This document shows, in pieces, positions 1 through 10,885 of a DNA stretch of 64,000 nucleotides. The stretch lies in assembly GCA_009377745.1 (NCBI GenBank), contig WHTK01000011.1, positions 18,527-82,526 of the forward strand, read 5' to 3'. Position 1 is the stretch's first letter. Each line of letters starts with the position of its first letter. The notes beneath the pieces are model-generated. The model did no database searches and was not told where the DNA came from. It saw only the letters and a program-made list of their open reading frames with translations. A program made the position numbers and the translations under genes. The stretch is from Dehalococcoidia bacterium. Lineage in GTDB: Bacteria > Chloroflexota > Dehalococcoidia > DSTF01 > WHTK01.

Positions 1-100
1 CCCAACCGAAACCTTTGTGGAGAACAGAATCGACTCCTCCTCCGCAAGCTAACGTCGATTTAGCTAGAATTCAGCGCGTGCGCAGGATAAGGAGGACGAG

Positions 101-524
101 ATGAATATCCTGAAAGATCTCTTCGGCGGCAAGAAGAAGCGCCAAGAGCCGATGAGAGGCTTGGAAACAAGGCAGAGTGAGGAGGAGCAAAGCTCGACTC
201 GCGTCGCATGGAGGCGGAGATGGTAGCAAGCCGCGAACAGCGCTCCGCTGGCAGTTCCCCTGCCACCCCCAGTGGAGGGCCAATGACTCCTTCAGAACGG
301 GAGCACGCCATCTTTGTCTTGGTGACGCAGGCCTTCCCGGGCGCGACTTGCAGGTGTCCACTGTTGATGTTCAGAAACTCGAGGGCGGGACCGAGTCAAC
401 CTTGCGTTTCACCCTCGATAGCAGTGCATCGACGGATCTTGAGACGGCCAGAATCGTCGGTGGAGAAGAACCCAGAGAAGTATTGGCGAGTGCCGTGGTC
501 GATGAGCTTAGGAGTCAGACCTAA
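101..524 (+). pseudogene. Hypothetical protein, apparently split by two frameshifts
   Basis: RBS AAGGAGGA precedes ATG 101 (MNILKDLFGGKKK). Plausible reading continues through the 208 frame and then the 177 frame to stop 524. No family recognised. Confidence 0.3.
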
Positions 525-558
525 ACGGGCGCGTAGAACGGGCGCCGTTAAATTCACG

Positions 559-776
559 ATGACAGATCTTGTCGACTGCCGGACGTGTCACAATCGAGGC
601 TGGGTACTCGACGCCAATGATCCCGAGGTCGCCTACTTGTTCCTATTCCTTGCCCTGCTCCTGAATGCCAGCACTCGGGAAAGTCATTAGAGTGGCTCGA
701 CGTGAAGGAGGCGCAATTCCACGACGTGAAAAAGGACGGGGATATCGTCACGCGACTGTCAAAGTATGTGAGCTAG
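559..776 (+). pseudogene. Small putative zinc-finger protein, frameshifted
   Basis: MTDLVDCRTCHNRGW... switches frame near 640 to IPCPAPECQHSGK...YVS*, giving CxxC...Cx4C. Confidence 0.3.
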
Positions 777-1117
777 GCCGGCGCGAAGTCCTCCTCCGTC
801 AGCTCCCAACAGTGTCGGCGCCGCGGCTCCACAAGCCCAGCCTCACGCAGCAGCTCCAAGTCCTCCTTGAGAAACCAGACTTCGATAGCCATTGAGTCGA
901 CGCGGTAGGGCCGCACGGCGACTAAGTCGTGCCCTGCAGGTGCTTGAGGGCGTAGCACGGAACATCGAGTTGCTCCAGCGTCTTCGGCCCTTCGGCCAGA
1001 CGTGGCAACACGATGTTCGAGTACAGGTCTAAGGTTGATTTGAATGGCATGCCGTATCAACGGCGGGGCTAGCGAAATCATGCGATAACGTGCGGCGAGG
1101 GGCAACGTTGTTCCCGG

Positions 1118-1199
1118 ACACTGCCTCGAAATAGCAGGCCAGCTATTTCGTTCACGGTTGTGGCGCACACGCGCCATGGATAACTATGACCAAATCGTG
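1118..1199. repeat. ~80-bp dispersed repeat copy 1 (IS-end/MITE-like)
   Basis: Near-identical to 7812-7891. Contains the palindrome CGAAATAGC-aggcca-GCTATTTCG. Confidence 0.9.
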
Positions 1200-1244
1200 T
1201 GCTGTCTCGGGACGTAGCTGCCTAATGCTAGAGTTCTCGCTACG

Positions 1245-2507
1245 ATGCCTTCGCGAATTCTCGGCCTCCTCATTCCTGCGGGAGCTACGGCGGATGCACG
1301 GCGGCTGGTCCTTGCTCGAGGTCTGCGTGGTCTCGTCGATGGCGCGGTTAGCGTCCTCCTCGCAAGCTACCTGAGAGACTTAGGATTCTCGCCGAGCGAG
1401 ATCGGCGTCCTAATCACGGGGACTTTGCTCGGCTCGGCCGCGCTGACACTGGGTGTCGGACTCTTCGGCCAGCGAATAAACCCACGGCGCATCCTCCTCG
1501 TCGCTTGCGGTCTCATGCTGGCCACGGGTCTTGGCTTCGCCGGCGTCACGTCATTCTGGCCCCTGTTGCTCATCGCGATTGCTGGCACCCTGAACCCGTC
1601 GGCCGGGGACGTGAGTGTCTTCCTACCCACAGAGCAGGCGCTCCTGACGCGGACAGTGACGCCGTCGAGCCGGACGGCCTTGTTTGCGCGCTACAACCTG
1701 GCCGGCATCTTCTGCGGGGCCTGCGGCGCCCTACTCAGCGGCCTGCCGATCGTAATTGCTAAGACCCAGGATCTTGACCTGCTCGACGCGCAGCGCAGCG
1801 GCTTTGTGCTGTACGCGCTGGCTGCGATACTCATTGCCTTCCTCTACCGCGGCCTGTCGCCCGAACTCGACGTGGACAAGACGCAGGTCTCAGGGCCGCT
1901 ATCGAAGTCACGCGGCATCGTCTTGCGTCTGGCTGCACTATTTAGCATCGACGCGTTCGGTGGCGGCTTCGTTGTCCAGTCTCTACTTGCGCTCTGGCTT
2001 TTTGAGCGCTACTCGCTCTCAGTCGAGACAGCAGGCGCCATCTTCTTCGCCGCCGGCCTGCTCTCCGCCTTCTCGCAGCTGGTTTCGGCCTGGCTGGCAG
2101 CGCGCATCGGCCTCATCCGGACGATGGTCTATACGCACCTACCCTCAAACTTGTTCCTCGTGCTTGCAGCTTTCATGCCAACCGCGCCTTTGGCGGTCGC
2201 GTTTCTGCTTGCGCGGATGGCGCTATCCCAGATGGACGTGCCGGCACGCCAGTCCTACGTGATGGCAATGGTGCCGCCTGAGGAAAGGGTGGCCGCAGCG
2301 AGCGTCACGAATGTCCCCCGGAGTCTTGCCTCAGCTCTGGCACCAGCGGTGGGTGGCTATTTGCTAAGCCTGAGTTCCTTCGGCTGGCCGCTCCTACTCG
2401 CTGGCGTCATCAAGGCTCTTTACGATCTGCTTCTAATGCTCCAGTTCCGTAACCAGCGCCCGGAGGAAGAAGAGAGATTCACGACCAGCCAGACAACAGC
2501 CCGCTGA
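1245..2507 (+). CDS. MFS transporter
   Basis: 420 aa with ~12 hydrophobic segments. Motifs GTLNPSAGDVSVFLPTEQA and SQMDVPARQSY. Confidence 0.9.
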   Translation: MPSRILGLLIPAGATADARRLVLARGLRGLVDGAVSVLLASYLRDLGFSPSEIGVLITGTLLGSAALTLGVGLFGQRINPRRILLVACGLMLATGLGFAGVTSFWPLLLIAIAGTLNPSAGDVSVFLPTEQALLTRTVTPSSRTALFARYNLAGIFCGACGALLSGLPIVIAKTQDLDLLDAQRSGFVLYALAAILIAFLYRGLSPELDVDKTQVSGPLSKSRGIVLRLAALFSIDAFGGGFVVQSLLALWLFERYSLSVETAGAIFFAAGLLSAFSQLVSAWLAARIGLIRTMVYTHLPSNLFLVLAAFMPTAPLAVAFLLARMALSQMDVPARQSYVMAMVPPEERVAAASVTNVPRSLASALAPAVGGYLLSLSSFGWPLLLAGVIKALYDLLLMLQFRNQRPEEEERFTTSQTTAR

Positions 2508-2581
2508 CCCTATGACCATATAGTCCTGCGAAGGCCGCGTTCTCCTCGAGGTGCAATGGGACCAATTGCGGGATTGGCCGC

Positions 2582-3923
2582 TCAGTCTCTCACAAATTTG
2601 ACGATGCCCGTAGAGCCATCGACCTCCAAATCGTCACCATCGGCTATGAGGCGCGTGGCAATGTACGTGCCGACAACAGCGGGAAGCTGATACTCGCGCG
2701 CGACAACGGCGCAGTGCGAGAGCATCCCGCCCGAATCTGTAACGATGGCTGCAGCGTTGAGAAAGAGCGGCGTCCAGGCGCTGGTAGTCGAGCGCGTGAC
2801 GAGGATTTCGCCGGGCTGCAAACGATCGCCATCGGTAAGATGCAGGATTACCCGGGCCCTGCCGCGAGCGCTACCTCTGCTAGCGCCCACGCCCTTGAGC
2901 TCGCTAACGTCATCGGAAGCCTCAGGACTCTGTCCCCCGATCGTGTGCGGCGGCAAAAGTTCACGCCACAGCTCGTAATCTGCCCGGCGCGCCTGTATGC
3001 GGGCGTCGAGGTCCTCGCGCTCACCCCGTCCAGCAGCCTCGATCTCCGAGAACGTAAGAAAGAAGACGTCGTCCACCTGTTTGATCGCCCCGATTGCGAC
3101 GAGCTTGCGGCCGGCAGCCAGACACGGCGCGCGTAGTGAAGCACGCGACAAGCTCATCACGGAGTTGCGACTCCGACCTCCTTCGTCGATACCTCCCGCT
3201 CCAGAAGGGCCAGAGTGTCTTTCGCGAATATGTAGCTATCCGGCGTCACGCTGCCAGAGACGATAGCTTCGCCTAGCCCCCACGTGGCGTTGATCAAAAC
3301 CTGGTCGAGGGCGCCGGTTATCGGGTTAGCTGTGAACGCGACGCCTGAGATCGCTGCCGGGACCATTTGCATGACAACAACCGCCATATCACCCACCGTG
3401 CTCTTGCCGCTCCGGGCCGTGTAGCTATGTACTCGCTCTGACCAGACGGACGCGTAGCAGCGGCGCAGGGCGTCGATAAGCGCCTCCGGACCTGCTACGT
3501 TCAGATACGTATCGAAGAGTCCGGCGAAGGATTGCCGGGCGCCGTCCTCACCGGTCGCAGATGAGGGACCGCGACAGCTGCTATGCCTTTTCGCTGCAGC
3601 TCAGCGTAGGCAGCAAGCACTTCATCTCGTAGATCTAGAGGCACGACTGCTTCGAGGGCCTTCGTGTGCAGCGCCGACGCGGCAGCCACCTGCTTGTTCC
3701 GATCGTATACAGCGGGTGACGGGAGTAGGCGAGTAGTTTCGTTGGCCAATCCAGTCTCGGCTACAAAGTGCTGAAACGCGATGGTGTTAATTACAAAGCC
3801 TTGAGGGACGGCAAAGCCTCCCGCAACAAGCCGCGAGAGCGCTGCGCCTTTGCCACCCGCTCGTGCAGCCTCGTGAGGTCCCGCATCCAACCGGTCGATG
3901 AAGCCTATGTCGCCTCGAGCCAT
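2582..3923 (-). pseudogene. PEP synthase/rifampin phosphotransferase-like enzyme, frameshifted with central domain missing
   Basis: N-terminal ATP-grasp pieces (GGKGAAL, SGVAFTANP, WGLGEAIVSG) are joined at ~3150 directly to the His swivel domain (GGMLSHCAVVARE). Spread over 3 ORF fragments. Confidence 0.85.
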
Positions 3924-4132
3924 TTGGGCACAATTGTAAGCACGCGGGTACTAGCAACGCGGTTCAGAGCTCGAGTACTTAGAAGAAGCTGCCCCAGACG
4001 AACACTATGAGATGGGATGAGAAGGCCGGTTTCCCGCGGGCTCACGTAAGGTGTCCCAAAGGCAGCGCTAGATGCGCAGAAAGGGATGACCAGCGTGAAG
4101 ACACCACGGCACCGGAGATTTCTTGGAGGGGA

Positions 4133-5155
4133 TTGACGGTTGGACTCGACGTTTCGGACAGGTCCAGCAGCCTCTGCTTCTTGGACGAGCGGGGTGAGGT
4201 CGTTGAGGAGGGCAAGGTGCGGACCCACCCAAGCTGTCCTTGAGCAGCGCTTCAGCCCCACTACCACGAAGTCGCGTTATTCTCGAGGTCGGCACCCATT
4301 CTCCTTGGATGAGCCGCTTACTAGAGGACCTTGGGCACGACGTCGTCGTGGCTAATCCCGGCAGGGTTCGCCTGATTGCTGAAAGCGTGCGCAAGACCGA
4401 TCGCTCTGATGCTGAGACCCTTGCCCGATTAGGCAGGGCCGACGTTCACCTGCTGAGCCCGATAACTCACAGGACGGCCCAGGCCCAGGCCGACTTTATC
4501 GCTCATCAGGGCACGGAGCGCTCTTGTCGCCTCTCGGACACTCCTGATCAATCATGTTCGAGGTGCAGTGAAGTCGAGTGGAGCCAGACTTCCCACCTGC
4601 GACGCTTACATGTTCCATACGAAGGTTGGGCCGTCTATCCCGGACGTACTTGCGCCGGCACTAAAGCCGCTTCTTGAGGCCATAGCGCACCTGACTCAGC
4701 AGATTTCGCAGATCGACAAGAGCATCGAAGGTCTCATTCTGGAACGCTACCCGGAGGCGCAAGTCCTTCAGCAGGTACCTGGGGTCGGGCCATTGATTTC
4801 CCTGACCTTCATCCTCACGATCGGGGACCCGCAGCGATTCAAGAAGAGCCGTCAGATAGGCCCTTACCTAGGTCTGGTACCGCGCCAGCGCGAGTCCGGC
4901 GAACGCAATCCGCAGCTGGGGATCTCCAAGTCGGGCAATCAGTACCTACGCCAGCTCCTGGTCAACGGTTCCCAGTACATTCTAGGCTTCCGGGGCTCCG
5001 ATACGGATCTTCGTCGCTGGGGCCTAGCTAAGGCAGGCATTGGCAACAGGAGCGCCAGGAAACGAGCAGTCGTCGCCGTCGCTCGAAGACTAGCAGTGTT
5101 GTTGCACAGGCTCTGGGTGACCGGGGAGGTCTACATCCCTCTCCGGGCAGCTTAG
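4133..5155 (+). pseudogene. IS110 transposase (DEDD + Tnp20 domains), two frameshifts
   Basis: Continuous homology across ORFs 4007..4243, 4240..4677 and 4568..5155. Start position uncertain. Confidence 0.9.
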
Positions 5156-5360
5156 GGCAGGAGGAAGCCGCGTACCGGGCGACTCGCACGATCGGCTGGA
5201 CCGCCGAGTGTCCGTCTATGAGATTGCAGCGCCAGGGCAAACGTACCCCAGTGGGCACCGGGTCAACGACTCATGCAGAGTGCGGATGGAAGCGGGGCAA
5301 ATGCCCAGACGCGGCGGAGAGAGAGCAACGGGCCACCCCACGTTGGCCTTGACGGGGTTA
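5156..5360 (+). ncRNA. Putative bridge RNA/seekRNA of the IS1111 element
   Basis: Non-coding 3' end. 5187-5197 is the reverse complement of right flank 5375-5385. 5216-5224 is identical to left junction 4005-4013. ATGGAAGC 5286-5293 matches right end 5370-5377. Confidence 0.75.
5349..5354 (+). promoter_or_regulatory. Outward-facing -35 (TTGACG) of the predicted circle-junction promoter
   Basis: TTGACG lies just inside the right IR, as is typical for IS1111. Joining the ends would create a weak -10-like GAAGAT 18 bp downstream. Confidence 0.5.
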
Positions 5361-5435
5361 GGCCTTCTCATGGAAGCCGATCGTGGGCTAACGCATGGTG
5401 GATCCAGGCCGCGTGAGCCGAAGAATGATGACGAG

Positions 5436-6683
5436 CTAGGGAGCAATCTCCACACGCGCTCCTCGGTCATACAACTTCGCCCTCATGGCCTCGAACCAGT
5501 TGACGTTCGTGGGTAGAGTCGCCTGGTAGCCGCGGACTTTGTAATAGGTCGGGGCTACTCCAGGTGGCTCGCCCCCGTCCTGCACGGTCCTTACGGCCTT
5601 TAGCAGGGCCCGCCGAGCATGGATGATTGCCCTGTCGGTGGTCCCCAGGCGCTCAAGCGTACGATCTGCAATTCCACCCATGCTCTCCTGGATCGCGCGA
5701 TCTTGCGTATTAGTTCCTGGTATGCCGCTGTACGTCTGAGTCCTCTGAAGCTCACGGTCGATCAAATAACGATTGTCAGCGTTTCTTGTGGATCGGAAGT
5801 TCCTCGTCACGTCAACGTCGACGCCAAATTCGTTCCCGTTGCCCACGGGGAGACGTGCGTCCCGCAGCCAGAGCGCAGCGTCTGGTCCGTCAGTGACTCG
5901 TGGGGCCTCGGCCTCCTGCTGTCCACCTTGCCACCGCGGGGCGCCCAACGACGCCTCTTCAGGCGGGTCTTTGAAGAGAGCGCTACGGTTGTAGCCCATC
6001 GTGTTTTCGTCGTCCATTGGGACCCACATATGGCCGCCGTTGCCGCCATTCTCACCATACGCGAGGAAGCTGTGGAAAGGCATGATCCAGTGATAGGCCC
6101 GGACATCCCGGGTGCTTGTGTCCGCGATCTCGCGGATGCCTCCGTAACAGAAGCCGTAGTCGGTGGGTACGACCTCGACCGTCGGCGACAGTGAGAGGTC
6201 GCGCTCGGGACGACCTGCGGCCCTATCAGCAGCGCGCAAGAGCGGCGGCCGGCCGCTGTGGAGGAATGCGGTGTGTGCTGTGTCGATGCCGCCCTCTAGT
6301 GCCTGGAGCCAGTTGCATTGCTGCCAGACTTTCGACATGGCGCGCTGCTCCGGTGGGACTTGGGTCCAGGCGAAGAGCGGCGGCGCCGGCTTCTTGTCCA
6401 GCGGGCCCAGGTAGGCCCAGACCACGCCGCCAACTTCATAAGTCGGGTAGGCTGGGATGCGCACTTTGTCCTTGAAGTTACTCTCCTCCGGTTCAGAGGG
6501 CATGTCTATGCAGTGCCCTTGGCAATCGAACTTCCAGCCGTGGTAAACGCAGCGGATACCGTTCTCCTCGTTGCGTCCCCAGAAGAGGTGGGCTCGGCGA
6601 TGAGCGCAACGGGCTCCGACGACGCCGACTTTGCCATCGGTCTGACGAAAGGCGACGAGCTCCTCACCAAGAAGCTTGATCGC
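5436..6683 (-). pseudogene. Rieske non-heme iron oxygenase alpha subunit (phthalate 4,5-dioxygenase/LigXa-like), 5'-truncated
   Basis: CAHRRAHL...CVYHGWKF Rieske motif and EGGIDTAHTAFLH Fe site. The reading frame starts at AIKLLGEELVAFR, fused to IS110 sequence, so ~40 N-terminal codons are missing. Confidence 0.9.
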
Positions 6684-7452
6684 CGATCGTCAGTATGAAG
6701 GCCAACGAGATCAGAGGCCCGACGCCAGCCACTTGCTGCAGGTTCAGAGCTTCTGGGTATCGAGTCTCGATCAAGTCGAGCACTCTGCCGTCGGCAGCCT
6801 TGATCTCCGTCGTGAGCTTCTCGATAGCGTCGAGCAGAGATCCCATCGAAAGACCTAAGCACTCCGGCAATGCCGGGCGCGCCTTTCGATGGAAGCTGGT
6901 GGAGTCACAACTGGCGAGCTGGCCTCCCACAGACTTCACTGCTCCACGAACGTGGTTGATGAGCACCGTTCGTGCCGAGATCAGGGCATTGCGACTGCGA
7001 ATCAGCGCGAGATCGGCCTGAGCCTGCGCGCTTCGGTGAATGACAGGAGTCAGGAGCCCGGGGGTCCACACGACCCAGACGAGCCAACGTCTCGGCGTCC
7101 GTCTTGTCATTCTTCCGCGTCGACTGAGCGATCAGCTGTACTCTTCGCGGATTCGCAACGACGACTTCGTTACCAGCCTCGGCGAACAACCTGCTAATCC
7201 AGGGCGAATGAGTTCCTGCTTCCAGGACGACTCTCCCGTCAAAGTCAGCAAATCGCTTGCGCAGACTGCTCTCGGTCGTCCGGAGCCTGCCCTCTTCAAG
7301 GACCGCTCCACTGCTATCTAAGTGGCAGTAGTTCGTGTACTGGTCCGAGACGTCCAGTCCCAAAGTCGCCATGCCAGCCATCCTCCTTGCCCGAAGGCTC
7401 GTGCTCCGGTCACTGTACGACCGGATGGCTGACAGGCCTTCTCATCCCATCT
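6678..7452 (-). mobile_element. Second IS1111-group element, 3' half deleted, transposase frameshifted
   Basis: Same left end AGATGGGATGAGAAGGCC (7435-7452, minus strand). LGLDVSD, VLEAGTH and KNDKTDA motifs. Sequence ends at LTIGD. Confidence 0.9.
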
Positions 7453-7811
7453 TCATTGTGCCTAGTGGGTCCAACCATCAGGCGCCGCGGTGTTGGATCC
7501 AGCTGCCGTAAACAAGCAAGAAGCTGGCCAGGACGATGTGGAACGGGACCGGAAGAATTGCCTTGCGTTGCCGATCTGCCATGAGGTATCGGATGGTTCG
7601 CGCGACCTTGGCAGCGCCGTAGGCAGACCCGGGAGCTCGTTTACAAGTCGCCCGACAACCGCCGGTAGTACATATCTTGACGCCTGTCTTACACTTGCCA
7701 GGCCGATTGTTGACCAGTAGCAGCGACCGGCTCTCCCCTCGAGCGAGGCCGAGCCACAAACGGCTCGGCCTCGTCCCTTAGAAATCACCGACTCGCCTCC
7801 ATTGGCGCGTA

Positions 7812-7891
7812 ACACTGCCTCGAAATAGCAGGCCAGCTATTTCGTTCACGGTTGTGGCGCCTGCGCCATGGTTAACTATGACTGAATCGTG
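7812..7891. repeat. ~80-bp dispersed repeat copy 2
   Basis: Direct repeat of 1118-1199. Confidence 0.9.
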
Positions 7892-7940
7892 GCGGTTGGC
7901 TGAGTTGCACAGCCATCTTCCCAGCCCACCGCGGAGTATC

Positions 7941-8315
7941 TCAGCTAGGCTGAACAGACAGCTCTAGGCGATTACCGCTTGGATCCACGACATACACGGA
8001 ATAGCCAATCCCTTCACGGTCTTTCCGAACTGTCTCTACAGTGATCCCCTTCGCTTCCAGTTCCCTCGTCATCTCGTCTGGGTCTGCAGGCCCCTCGCAG
8101 GCGAAGGTATGGTGGGGGATGCCAGGCCGGGGGCCAGCGGAGGAGTCGAACACGCCAATCCCTTGCGCCCCGGCACGCAGACGTACAACTTCGGCACCAC
8201 CGATGGTTTGACGTCCGGATTCTTCGATACCCAGCTTGTCTCTATAAAAGCTCAACATTGCGTCAAGCTCATCCGCATTAAGGTTTCAGGACCGGAGACC
8301 GGTAACTTTAAACAT
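7941..8315 (-). pseudogene. VOC/glyoxalase family protein with in-frame TGA at codon 10
   Basis: RBS GGAGG, then MFKVTGLRS*NLNADELDAMLSFYRDKLG...YVVDPSGNRLEL. Confidence 0.75.
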
Positions 8316-8351
8316 TCTGATGCATCCTCCAACTTATCCGGTTTGGCCATA

Positions 8352-8594
8352 CATCGGCCCCTGGGCATTCTGGTATTTAGCCCGAGCCATCCTCGTCCGT
8401 CGCTAGTTATCGCGGCGCGATCATCCCGCTAGCCGGCCGGACTGTCAAAGAGCCTTTCAGCGCATGGACACTATGGTAAGTTGCCAGCTTCGCAGCCTCC
8501 TTCGGCCGGCCAGCTATTGGATGCTAGAATCTCGTCGGCCCGACTCTTGGCGGACTAACTTCCCTGCGCGGCGCAGGGGGTCGTTGGAGACTGA
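8352..8594. repeat. ~240-bp non-coding duplicated segment copy 1
   Basis: Near-identical to 19556-19798. Confidence 0.92.
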
Positions 8595-8607
8595 AAGTGG
8601 TTGTCAG

Positions 8608-9075
8608 ATGCTGCGGCGGAAGAAACTAAGTCTGGACGAGGCGACGGCCGTGATCAACGCGGTCTTCGCCCATGCTAAGGCCCACAGTCAACCCGGCGTC
8701 GCATGTGTTGTCGTGGACGGAAACGGCGACATCATCGCTGGCGCCACGATGGATGGCCGGGCCGCCCGCGTCTACAAATCAGCCCATCGAAAGGCTTACG
8801 CCGCTGTCAAGTTCGAGCATGACACTTCGTGGATCCTGGAGCTCCATGCCCGGATGGAGGCTAATGGTCACCGAGGGCCACATGACTGGAACGACCCAAT
8901 GTTTACTACGCTGGCCGGCGGCTACGTCGTTGTGGATGAGGACGAGAACGTGTTGGGCGGTATCGGCGTGGGCGGTGGAAGCCGTGGTGACTTCTCTGAC
9001 TGGTCCTTCGTAAAGATCGGCCTCGCGAGCCTGGGCGAGGCTTACCATCACCGCCCTGGCAAGCACGAGCAATAG
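8608..9075 (+). CDS. GlcG/HbpS family heme-binding protein
   Basis: VVVDGNG...MDG...AHRKAYAA...GGIGVGG motifs. ATG 8608 chosen because the upstream part of the ORF lies in the repeat. Confidence 0.8.
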   Translation: MLRRKKLSLDEATAVINAVFAHAKAHSQPGVACVVVDGNGDIIAGATMDGRAARVYKSAHRKAYAAVKFEHDTSWILELHARMEANGHRGPHDWNDPMFTTLAGGYVVVDEDENVLGGIGVGGGSRGDFSDWSFVKIGLASLGEAYHHRPGKHEQ

Positions 9076-9276
9076 GGGCTTTGTCACGCGCACACATGGC
9101 ACTTCTTCGACCTGGCTCCGGCATTTGGCCGGCCTGATAAGCGCCTCGATGACGCAATAGTGACACTTTCAGGATAACGCGGCACTTCACGCCGTCCTTC
9201 GATTCAATTATTCTTGGTGCGCTCGCGCTCCGGGAGCAAATGGGGGCACGAAAGCTAGCTTAGGCAGGCGGTTCAG

Positions 9277-10646
9277 ATGACGAATATCGCTATCGATGAA
9301 AAGGCTGTCGAGACGCTCCGTAGCGCACTCCGAGGCGAACTCATAACACCAGACCATGCGGAGTACGAAGACTCGCGGAAGGTTTGGAACGGCTTGATAG
9401 ACCGACCTCGGCGCTCATCGCGCGCTGCGCCGGCGCCGCTGATGCTGTTGCCTGCGTCAATTTCGCCCGGAATCACGACGTGCTTCTCTCTATGCGCGGT
9501 GGCGCCCACAATCTGCTGCGCGGTAACGCTGTCTGCGATGACGGCCTCGTGGTCGACTTCTCGCGAATGAAAGCGATCCGCGTCGATGCTGCCAACCGAA
9601 CCGCCCGTGCGGAACCGGGCGTCAAATGGATTGACTTCGACCGCGAGGTCCAGGCCTTTGGCCTGGCAATGACCAGTGGCACATTCTCGGATACAGGTAT
9701 TTCCGGACTAACACTCGGCGGAGCTATCGGCTGGCTTGGCGGCATGTTTGGTCTCGTCAGCGACAACGTGATCTCCTTCGATGTGATCACTGCTGATGGA
9801 GAGCTTCGCCGGGCTAACGAGGATGAGAACCCCGAGCTCTTTTGGGCACTGCGCGGCGGCGGCGGCAACTTTGGTGTCGTTACGTCCTTTGAATACCGTC
9901 TCTATCCGGTCGGCATGCTTTTGGCCGGCCTGGCCATCCATCCATTCGAGCGAGCGCGCGAAGCCCTCCGTTTTTACCGTGACTTCTCCTCCAACATGCC
10001 GGATGAGCTCACAACTGGCTTCGGTTTCCTCACCACACCGGAGGGCATGCCTGCTGTCGGCATAGTGGTCTGCTATAACGGTTCGCTTGAGGAAGGCGAG
10101 AAGGTTATTCGACCTGTTAGGGAGTTCGGGCCGTCTATCGCCGACCACATCCAGCCGATGCCATACAACGCTGTTCAAACAATGTTCGACCCGCTCGCTC
10201 CGACAGGGCGGAACTACTACGTCAAGGCGCCATTCTTGCGTGAGATTAAAGATGGTGCGATCGAGGCCATGGTTACTCGGTTTGCCGAAGTGCCTTCGCC
10301 GTTTACGGTGATTTTCATCCAGCAAAAGTCGGGGGCTATGGCGCGTGGCGAGCCAGACAGGACCGCCTTCGGCCACAGGGCCGACCAATACTCAGCCGTC
10401 GTCCTTTCGGGCTGGGACGATCCGAATCAGAGTGAAGCAAACATTGCCTGGACTCGGCAGCTTGGCGCCGAAATCGAGGCCTTTGGCTCCGGAGGCGAGT
10501 ACATTGACGAGCTTGGCCCGGCCGACTCCGAGGACCGCATTCGGGCATCATTCGGAGTCAATTACGAGCGCCTCGTGGAGCTGAAAAACAAATACGGCCC
10601 GAATAACCTCCTTCGCCACACTCAGAATCTAGGGCGCAGAACCTGA
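9277..10646 (+). pseudogene. FAD-binding oxidoreductase (BBE/6-hydroxy-D-nicotine oxidase-like), frameshift ~9405
   Basis: WNGLIDR|P..IARC, RGGAH (covalent FAD His), LFWALRGGGGNFGVVT, and a BBE-like C-terminus. Confidence 0.88.
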
Positions 10647-10885
10647 GCTGCCGCATTATGGCTAAGGAATTCAATCGTATACGTGGGCGACTTGGGCGCA
10701 TATCTGGCGCACTTGAGTCGAGGCTCGCTTTCATCCTCGACATGCTCGGACTTAACTGGGCCATAGCGGGCGAGCAGTCTTACCGGCCAGGACAGAACAC
10801 TATCGCCGGATAGTGCACTCTCCCACGCGGTATTGAAGGCGCATCTTTGGTCGGCTAGCCTTAATCAAATACGTAGGGAGGCGAC

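Larger units (their letters stand above)
4010..5374 (+). mobile_element. IS110-family, IS1111-group insertion sequence with complete ends and frameshifted transposase
   Basis: Transposase pieces with GLDVSD, ILEVGTH, KTDRSDA, VPGVGP, YLGLVP and RESG. Sub-terminal IRs ATGAGAAGGCC 4017-4027 and GGCCTTCTCAT 5361-5371 lie 7 and 3 bp from the inferred ends. AG core at 4010-4011 and 5375-5376. Confidence 0.92.

Noticed and set aside
773-1177. 134-aa minus-strand ORF
   Set aside because: It starts inside the 80-bp repeat and has no recognisable domain.
8464-8607. N-terminal extension of the GlcG-like ORF
   Set aside because: It lies in the 240-bp repeat, whose second copy carries indels relative to it.
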